DNA of 64,000 nucleotides from Cyanobium sp. FGCU6 (GTDB lineage Bacteria; Cyanobacteriota; Cyanobacteriia; PCC-6307; Cyanobiaceae): NCBI GenBank assembly GCA_024958655.1, contig JANWUR010000013.1, positions 35,043 to 99,042 of the forward strand, read 5' to 3'. Shown piece by piece: positions 58,402 to 64,000 of this stretch (position 1 is its first letter; each line of letters starts with the position of its first letter). The notes under the pieces were generated by a model. It saw only the letters and a program-made list of their open reading frames with translations, ran no database searches and was not told where the DNA came from. The position numbers and the translations under genes were made by a program.

Positions 58402-58606
58402 GCGGCGCACCGGCCCGCTTCCCCAGGGGGCGCCGGGGCAGCTCATGCGAAGGGGCTGGCGCACCTCACCGGACGGCCGGGCGGCGAGGGCCAGAAAAAC
58501 GTGGGATCTGTCCCCAGGCGCAGCAACGCCGCTGCATCCGTCAACGGCCTGAGGCATTCCGATTCAGCCGTACTTGAATGATTCGCCAGGCTCCAAGCCA
58601 CAAGCC

Positions 58607-58874
58607 ATGACCCCCAACAGCCAAAACACCCCCCAACCGCCTCGCTGGCCGAGCGATCGCCTTCCGATCCCCGAGGCGGATCTCGATCACCCTGCCTTAC
58701 GAGATCTATCTCCAGTTGACGCAGCTCAGCAGCCTGCAGGGCCGTTCCCTCAGCAATCTGGCAGCGTTTCTGTTTGAGTCCTCCCTGGGCGAAGGCGGTG
58801 GCAGTCGCTCGGATGGGCGGCCCATGCCGCTGGCCGCGGAGGTCCAGCGCTGGAGGGACAACCATGCCGGATGA
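58607..58874 (+). pseudogene. Ribbon-helix-helix (CopG-like) regulator with a +1 frameshift in a C6 tract
   Basis: Removing one C from 58629-58634 gives [58 protein letters not shown]...stop at 58874. Confidence 0.75.
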
Positions 58875-59055
58875 GGCGCTGAGCCGCCTGCCGCTGGCTC
58901 TGCCCACGATCGGCATCGGGTTTGCGGTGACGTCCAGCGATCTGTTAGGCGTATCAGGCAGGGCGGAGGAGCATCGCCAGTCCATGTTGCGAATAGCTGT
59001 TGCTGATGATTGTCGCAACGGGGGAATACTCCATGGGTGCACAAGCATCCCATCG

Positions 59056-60027
59056 ATGACCAACCCGAACCAGCCGCCGGGGCTGATCCAGCGCTACCGC
59101 GAGGAGCTGCAGTCCCGCCACTACGCGCGCCGCACGGTGAAGACTTACGAGCAGTGGCTGCGGCGGTTCCTGCGGTTTCATGGCATGCGCCATCCGCGGG
59201 AGATGGGTAGCGCGGAGGTGAACGCTTTTCTCACGCACCTGGCGGTGGAGGGTCAGGTGAGCGCCTCCACGCAGAACCAGGCCCTCTCGGCGGTGCTGTT
59301 TCTGTACCGAGAACTGCTGGATCGGGATCTGAATCTGGAGGGAGTGGTGCGTGCCCGCAAGCCTCAACGGTTGCCGGTGGTGCTGACAGAAGAAGAGGTA
59401 CGATCTGTCTTGCAGCGGCTCGAAGGAAGCGAAGCGCTAGTAGCTGGGCTGCTGTATGGGAGTGGGCTGCGATTGATGGAGGCTCTGCGGCTGAGGGTGC
59501 ATGACGTGGATTTCAATCGGCAGGAACTGACCGTTCGTAATGGAAAGGGCGGAAAAGACAGACGCACAATGCTTCCAAAACAGCTATCGAAGAAGCTAAA
59601 GATCCATCTTGAGAAAGTACGAACTGTACACAAACGAGACTTAATAGATGGATGGGGTGCGGTGCAACTTCCCTTCGCCTTAGCGCGTAAGTATCGGAAT
59701 GCTGCAACTGAGTGGGGCTGGCAATGGGTATTTCCCCAGCATCGGCGCTGGCAAGATCCAACCTCAAAACAACAGGGACGCCATCATCTCGATCCGAGTT
59801 TGATTCAGAAATCGGTGCGGTGCGCTGTGCTGGCAGCTGGTATCAGCAAGCCGGCCAGCTGCCACAGCTTGCGTCATTCTTTTGCCACACACCTATTAGA
59901 GAGAGGACAGGACATTCGCACAATTCAGGAATTGATGGGGCACAAGGACCTAAAAACAACAATGATCTATACGCACGTTCTCAATCGCGGACCATTGGGT
60001 GTCGCCAGCCCGGCAGATTTCCTGTAA
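59056..60027 (+). CDS. intI: Integron integrase
   Basis: [22 protein letters not shown], integron-specific insertion [42 protein letters not shown]. Confidence 0.97.
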   Translation: MTNPNQPPGLIQRYREELQSRHYARRTVKTYEQWLRRFLRFHGMRHPREMGSAEVNAFLTHLAVEGQVSASTQNQALSAVLFLYRELLDRDLNLEGVVRARKPQRLPVVLTEEEVRSVLQRLEGSEALVAGLLYGSGLRLMEALRLRVHDVDFNRQELTVRNGKGGKDRRTMLPKQLSKKLKIHLEKVRTVHKRDLIDGWGAVQLPFALARKYRNAATEWGWQWVFPQHRRWQDPTSKQQGRHHLDPSLIQKSVRCAVLAAGISKPASCHSLRHSFATHLLERGQDIRTIQELMGHKDLKTTMIYTHVLNRGPLGVASPADFL

Positions 60028-60189
60028 AGAAATGGAAAAGAGCTGCCGTTGATACCGGGTCCGTATAAAATCCCAACCAAGCCACTGTCCAATCCCTCAG
60101 ACCTACTGCGCCGCATGCCCTTTGGAGCAAGTTGCCGGCTTCCCATCGGCCGCTTAGGCCGACAGCGGCACCCACCGCAGAGCGGATAC

Positions 60190-60216
60190 CGGACCCGTCC
60201 ATACAGCGTTCGGAGG
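60190..60216 (+). other. Candidate attI core (crossover G|TT at 60208/60209)
   Basis: GTTCGGAGG (60208-60216) is the exact reverse complement of CCTCCGAAC (61527-61535) at the first attC. Confidence 0.65.
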
Positions 60217-60419
60217 ACAGGCCGGATGCACCAATGCCCGATTTTGGGTAAGAAACATGCACAACCGCCGCATTTCAGCCGGAACATAAAGCTGTGTTTG
60301 GAGTTTGCAAGCATCTTGGCGCTGTGTGCACTATTGTGAAGGTTAATTGCCGAGCGTTGACTTTGCGAGTACAAATAGTTTAGCTGTTCCCACAAGCAGC
60401 AAGCTAATTTAAGAACAAA

Positions 60420-61262
60420 ATGAACTTCACTGTTTCCACTTTGCCTCTTCTCGCTGTTTTCGACGTGGGCATCGTAGGGGCCGTATTGGTTCCCTTTCTG
60501 TTCAAGCTGGTTGGCGCGGTTGCCCTTTGGATTGTCGGCGGTTGGCTGATCAACTTCGCCCTGCGGTTGCTGCGCCGCGGCCTCAACCAGGGCACCCTCG
60601 ACCCAACTCTGATCAGTTACCTGCTGAACATCCTGGGCGCACTGCTGCGGGTGGTGTTGGTGGTGGCTATCCTTGGCTTCTTCGGCATCGAAACTGCCAG
60701 CTTCGCCGCCCTGCTGGCCGGTGCCGGCGTGGCAATCGGTGCGGCCTGGAGCGGCATGCTCGGCAACTTCGCCGCCGGGGTGTTCCTGCAGATCTTCCGG
60801 CCGATCAATGCCGGAGACTACATCGATGGTGGTGGTGTGGAGGGCACGGTGGACGAGGTGGGCATGTTCGTGACCTCTATTACCTCACCGGACAACGTGC
60901 GCCACTATGTGGGAAACGCCAAGCTCTTCGGCGACACGATCAAGAACTACTCCGCCAATCCCTTCCGCCGCGTTGAGCTGGTGGCCCAGCTCGACAACAG
61001 CGCCGATGTGGGCAAGGCCATCAGCTTGCTTAAGGAAGGGATCAAGCAGGTGCCCAACCAGGTGGAGGGCATCGAGGCCGACGTGGAGGTGCTGGAATTC
61101 AGCGAGCGTGGGCCGCGGCTGGCGGTGCGACCCTATACCCACACCGCCAACTACTGGCAGGTGTACTTCGACACCAACCGGATGATCGTGGAGGTGCTGG
61201 GCAAGGCGGGATTCCCGGTGCCCCGCATCCCGGTGGCGATGCAGGGTAATTCAGCTAACTGA
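60420..61262 (+). CDS. mscS: Small-conductance mechanosensitive channel (cassette 1)
   Basis: GAGVAIGAAW...NFAAGVFLQIFRP...GD, N-Y-S, RRVEL, VYFD, FPVP. Confidence 0.92.
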   Translation: MNFTVSTLPLLAVFDVGIVGAVLVPFLFKLVGAVALWIVGGWLINFALRLLRRGLNQGTLDPTLISYLLNILGALLRVVLVVAILGFFGIETASFAALLAGAGVAIGAAWSGMLGNFAAGVFLQIFRPINAGDYIDGGGVEGTVDEVGMFVTSITSPDNVRHYVGNAKLFGDTIKNYSANPFRRVELVAQLDNSADVGKAISLLKEGIKQVPNQVEGIEADVEVLEFSERGPRLAVRPYTHTANYWQVYFDTNRMIVEVLGKAGFPVPRIPVAMQGNSAN

Positions 61263-61528
61263 CACATCTGCGATGCATACACGGAAATGCACCGCAAAGA
61301 CATTTGTGAGCGCCAGGTGGTTTTGGCCAATAAGCGCTCTTCCTCTGCGTTCCCAAATATTGGCATAAGTGTGTGATCATCTATGGTTGCGGTAGAAATA
61401 TTAGATTGTTTTGCTGAAAAGCTAAGTTTATTACGGAAGATCGCTTTAGATTCTAGTCAAGATGCCTCGCTTCTGCTGTGGAGACTTTGATTTACTCCAA
61501 TTATGATAACTAAATGACTGCTGAAACC

Positions 61529-61615
61529 TCCGAACATCCAGATGCAGAAGTCGGGAGCAAGGGCTGGTTACCAAGGTGATACGTCCCAGCCCGCTTCTGA
61601 TCTGGGGCGTTAGCC
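61529..61615 (+). repeat. attC site 1 (87 bp)
   Basis: TCCGAAC..catccagatGcagaagtcggg..cccgcttctgatctgg..GTTAGCC; extrahelical G in L''. Confidence 0.92.
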
Positions 61616-61789
61616 TTACGCAAAATCCATGCGTCCGGCTGTCCTGAGTTCCGAGCCACGAGATCAAATAGCTGCTGGAGATCATGTTCCATTGATTAAT
61701 TGGCTTCATTCTACTCTGCAAGCCTCTGACATTATTGGATGCTGTTGTCAGCTCAGAAGCCTTGGAGGATACTGTATGTGAACTCATGC

Positions 61790-61818
61790 AAAGCAATCGA
61801 TCAGCTTTGCTCTATAAT
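61790..61818 (+). promoter_or_regulatory. Cassette-internal promoter for hicAB (TATAAT at 61813) with a small palindrome
   Basis: Perfect -10 box 34 nt before the hicA ATG; aaagc-N9-gcttt inverted repeat at 61790-61808. Confidence 0.5.
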
Positions 61819-61851
61819 TCTACTTCCTGGCGTAGCGCTTTAGGCGATGAA

Positions 61852-62052
61852 ATGAAGGTGTCCGAGGTTCTCAAAGCGATCAAGGATGATGGCTGGTTTC
61901 AAGTGGCCCAGAAAGGAAGCCATCGTCAATTTAAGCATCCAAGCAAGCCAGGAAGGGTAACCATTGCTGGTAAGCCGTCCGATGAGCTTGCAAAGGGCAC
62001 TCAGATGAGTATCCTGAAGCAAGCAGGTCTCCGAGGTTCAGAACAGCCATGA
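61852..62052 (+). CDS. hicA: HicA mRNA interferase toxin (cassette 2)
   Basis: GW...KGSHRQFKHP..GRVTI...GTQMSILKQAG. Confidence 0.94.
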   Translation: MKVSEVLKAIKDDGWFQVAQKGSHRQFKHPSKPGRVTIAGKPSDELAKGTQMSILKQAGLRGSEQP

Positions 62053-62261
62053 AGTACGCGGTAGTCATTGAGAAGGCTGGAGACAACTTTTCGGCCTACG
62101 TGCCAGATCTCCCAGGCTGTATCGCAACTGGCGATACTGCTTCTGAGGCTGAACAGCAGATACGCGAGGCAATATCATTTCACTTGGACGGGTTGCGGGA
62201 GGATGGCATGGAAATACCCGAGCCGTCATGTGCCGTTGGGTATGTCGAACTTGCTGCATAA
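62049..62261 (+). CDS. hicB: Short HicB antitoxin (cassette 2)
   Basis: YAVVIE...SAYVPDLPGCIATGDT...EAISFHLDGL...IPEP; ATGA overlap with hicA. Confidence 0.94.
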   Translation: MKYAVVIEKAGDNFSAYVPDLPGCIATGDTASEAEQQIREAISFHLDGLREDGMEIPEPSCAVGYVELAA

Positions 62262-62276
62262 TCGAAATGAGACGAA

Positions 62277-62361
62277 GGCTAACATCCAGATGCAGAAGAC
62301 GGGAGCAAAATGCATCGACTATGCCCACGTCTCTGCCCGCTTCTGATCTGGAGCGTTCGGT
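62277..62361 (+). repeat. attC site 2 (85 bp)
   Basis: GGCTAAC...same arms...GTTCGGT; AAGGCTAAC complements the cassette entry GTTAGCCTT at 61609. Confidence 0.92.
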
Positions 62362-62395
62362 GGGCTAGAGTCACCCAGGAATGGCCCACGCGTAA

Positions 62396-63112
62396 GTGAC
62401 TGAAGACCCAAAATTGCGATATGCACGCATCCCTTGCTCAAACTGCGGAGGAGATCCTAGAAATCACGAAGTCTTAAGTGAGCATTGCGACGAGTGGGAG
62501 ATTGAAGATGCCGGAATATATGGGAAAAGTGCACATCAAATACTGAAGTGTGCAGGATGCGACTCCATCAGATTCCGTAGCTTTTATTGGAATAGCGAAG
62601 ATATTGACTGGCAGACTGGCGAGCCAGAAGTCACGGAAAAGATATATCCTGAAAGCATAGGCAACGCAAGGCAAGGCATTGATTTGCAGGAGCTTCCCGA
62701 TCCTGTAGCTCGAATTTACAAGGAGGCCGTCATTGCATTCAATGCAGGTGCGCTCATCCTTGCCGGTGGCGGCCTGCGTGCTGTAGTAGAGGCGATGTGC
62801 CAGGACAAGAAAGTGAAAGGCAAAAACCTCGAAGTCAAGATTGAGAGCCTTGTCGAGCAAAAGCTATTAGCGAAACCGCAAGCCGATCTCCTGCACGAAG
62901 AAAGGTATTTAGGAAATTCTGCTTTACATGAAATTGTAACGCCCTCTTCGCAGGATGTTAATGATGGATTCGACATAATTGATAGTCTATTGACTACTAT
63001 CTATATTCTTCCAGGCAAGGCTGATCGACTTCGCGCAAAACGAGTAAGGCGACCCCAGCTTAAACAAACCGCCGAACAACCAGATGCAGAAGACGGGAGC
63101 GGGGATGGCTGA
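62396..63112 (+). CDS. DUF4145 (HEPN-like) protein with N-terminal CxxC Zn motifs (cassette 3)
   Basis: CSNC, CAGC; IYKEA...LRAVVEAMC...LEVKIESL...ERYLGNSALH. Confidence 0.85.
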   Translation: MTEDPKLRYARIPCSNCGGDPRNHEVLSEHCDEWEIEDAGIYGKSAHQILKCAGCDSIRFRSFYWNSEDIDWQTGEPEVTEKIYPESIGNARQGIDLQELPDPVARIYKEAVIAFNAGALILAGGGLRAVVEAMCQDKKVKGKNLEVKIESLVEQKLLAKPQADLLHEERYLGNSALHEIVTPSSQDVNDGFDIIDSLLTTIYILPGKADRLRAKRVRRPQLKQTAEQPDAEDGSGDG

Positions 63113-63155
63113 TGAATTCCAAGGTTCTGCCCGCTTCTGATCTGGAGCGTTAGCT
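63071..63155 (+). repeat. attC site 3 (85 bp)
   Basis: GCCGAAC...same arms...GTTAGCT; CCGCCGAAC complements the entry GTTCGGTGG at 62355 with one G:T pair. Confidence 0.92.
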
Positions 63156-63207
63156 GGGACTGTGCAGACACTTATCTGTGTATCATAGTAAGAACTGTTT
63201 AAAGCCA

Positions 63208-64000
63208 ATGCAGAAACTCAGGAAAGTTGCAACTGACTTCTTTTATGGCATCTTTGCCCAATGGCTCACTCCTTTTGTCGTTGCATCTATCGGTTTCGCA
63301 TATAATAGCCTGGCAAGTGTGAGTTTTAGAGTGCCATTGAGGATTGCCGTCTGGATATTAGCCCTTGCATCTGTATTGCCCCTAGCAAGATACTTAAGAC
63401 AGTGTCAATGGAGACACAAACAGATACGCTTCTTGAAGGAAGACTCAGCGACAAGATCCCTTGATCTCTTTATTGATATTATACAAAGAGAAGTTTGGCT
63501 AGCGATGAGAGTGCCAGAAAATGGGTTTCATACTGTTTTGCCCTCGTTCCAAAAGTATATTTTACTGAGAAAGCAACCTATGCAAATAATTCTGGTTGAT
63601 TGCATGCGCATCGCAGCAAGAGCCAAGAGCCTCGCTGAACATTCACAAGTATTGTCACAGGTAAGTCATTATCTAGAGTTTATGCGATTCTACAAGAAGA
63701 TGGCCGTTCCCAGAATCGTAGCTCAATGTCTTCTGTATTTCAAAACCTTTAAGGATGATCTTGATATCATACTAATTTATGGCCATAGCACGGTCGTACT
63801 TGAGGCTGTTGTTGCTGGTTATCGTGAGTCACGCTTCACGATTGTTGTCGTTGAGGACAAACAATACCATAAAGAAAGCTTAAATGAACATCAGATTGTC
63901 TGCAATAGGTTGAAGTCAGAAAAAGTCGTATACCATCTAATTGCTTATGATCAGACAGACGACCTTTTGAAAGGTACAAGATCGATTAGATGCAAGATAG
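63208..64000 (+). CDS. 2TM + eIF2B/ribose-1,5-bisphosphate-isomerase-like protein (cassette 4), 3'-partial
   Basis: 264 codons without a stop, read manually; two N-terminal TM helices; DIILIYGHSTVVLEAVVAGYRESRFTIVVVED...EHQIVCNRLKSEKVVYHLI. Confidence 0.7.
   Translation, partial: MQKLRKVATDFFYGIFAQWLTPFVVASIGFAYNSLASVSFRVPLRIAVWILALASVLPLARYLRQCQWRHKQIRFLKEDSATRSLDLFIDIIQREVWLAMRVPENGFHTVLPSFQKYILLRKQPMQIILVDCMRIAARAKSLAEHSQVLSQVSHYLEFMRFYKKMAVPRIVAQCLLYFKTFKDDLDIILIYGHSTVVLEAVVAGYRESRFTIVVVEDKQYHKESLNEHQIVCNRLKSEKVVYHLIAYDQTDDLLKGTRSIRCKI

Larger units (their letters stand above)
59056..64000 (+). mobile_element. Integron with the cassette array 3' of, and co-oriented with, intI; array continues beyond the window
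   Basis: intI, candidate attI, three attC sites and four cassettes whose entry GTT motifs complement their exit AAC motifs. Confidence 0.9.

Noticed and set aside
61529-63155. Regular repeats considered as a CRISPR array
   Set aside because: The units are 85-87-bp imperfect palindromes separated by whole genes, i.e. attC sites; no cas genes, CRISPR array, tRNA or rRNA were seen in the window.

Overview
GC-rich chromosomal DNA of a freshwater or brackish picocyanobacterium (Cyanobium/Synechococcus type), judged from petG, cytM, chlI, crtL, a CURT1-like gene, the Yfr1 sRNA and picocyanobacterial gene order. The core backbone runs hisIE/queD, a metal-homeostasis cluster (DUF318 and TIGR03943 permeases, two Fur-family genes, CobW, HupE/UreJ, Fe(III) permease, larC), xthA-crtL, gyrA, guaB-Yfr1-trxA-hisH-rsmD, petG-cytM-trmJ-PBP-DUF3370-chlI-ruvC, sufE-hom and a peptide ABC transporter. 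Five accessory insertions interrupt it. (1) An RTX/T1SS protein with an N-terminal CD38/ADP-ribosyl-cyclase-like (NADase-like) domain, an FrpC-type self-processing module with Cys-Pro in place of Asp-Pro, and an upstream candidate immunity gene. (2) A chimeric beta-helix/Calx-beta/bluetail surface protein plus a SHOCT protein. (3) A PEP-CTERM-type gene. (4) A 3.1-kb AraC + PEP-CTERM module flanked by a 71-bp duplication of the ruvC 5' end. (5) At the right end, an integron with the integrase co-oriented with its array, a candidate attI at ~60208, three near-identical attC sites and four cassettes (mscS, hicAB, DUF4145, and a 2TM + eIF2B-like ORF that runs off the window and is missing from the ORF track). 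All family assignments are motif recognition by eye; no searches were run.
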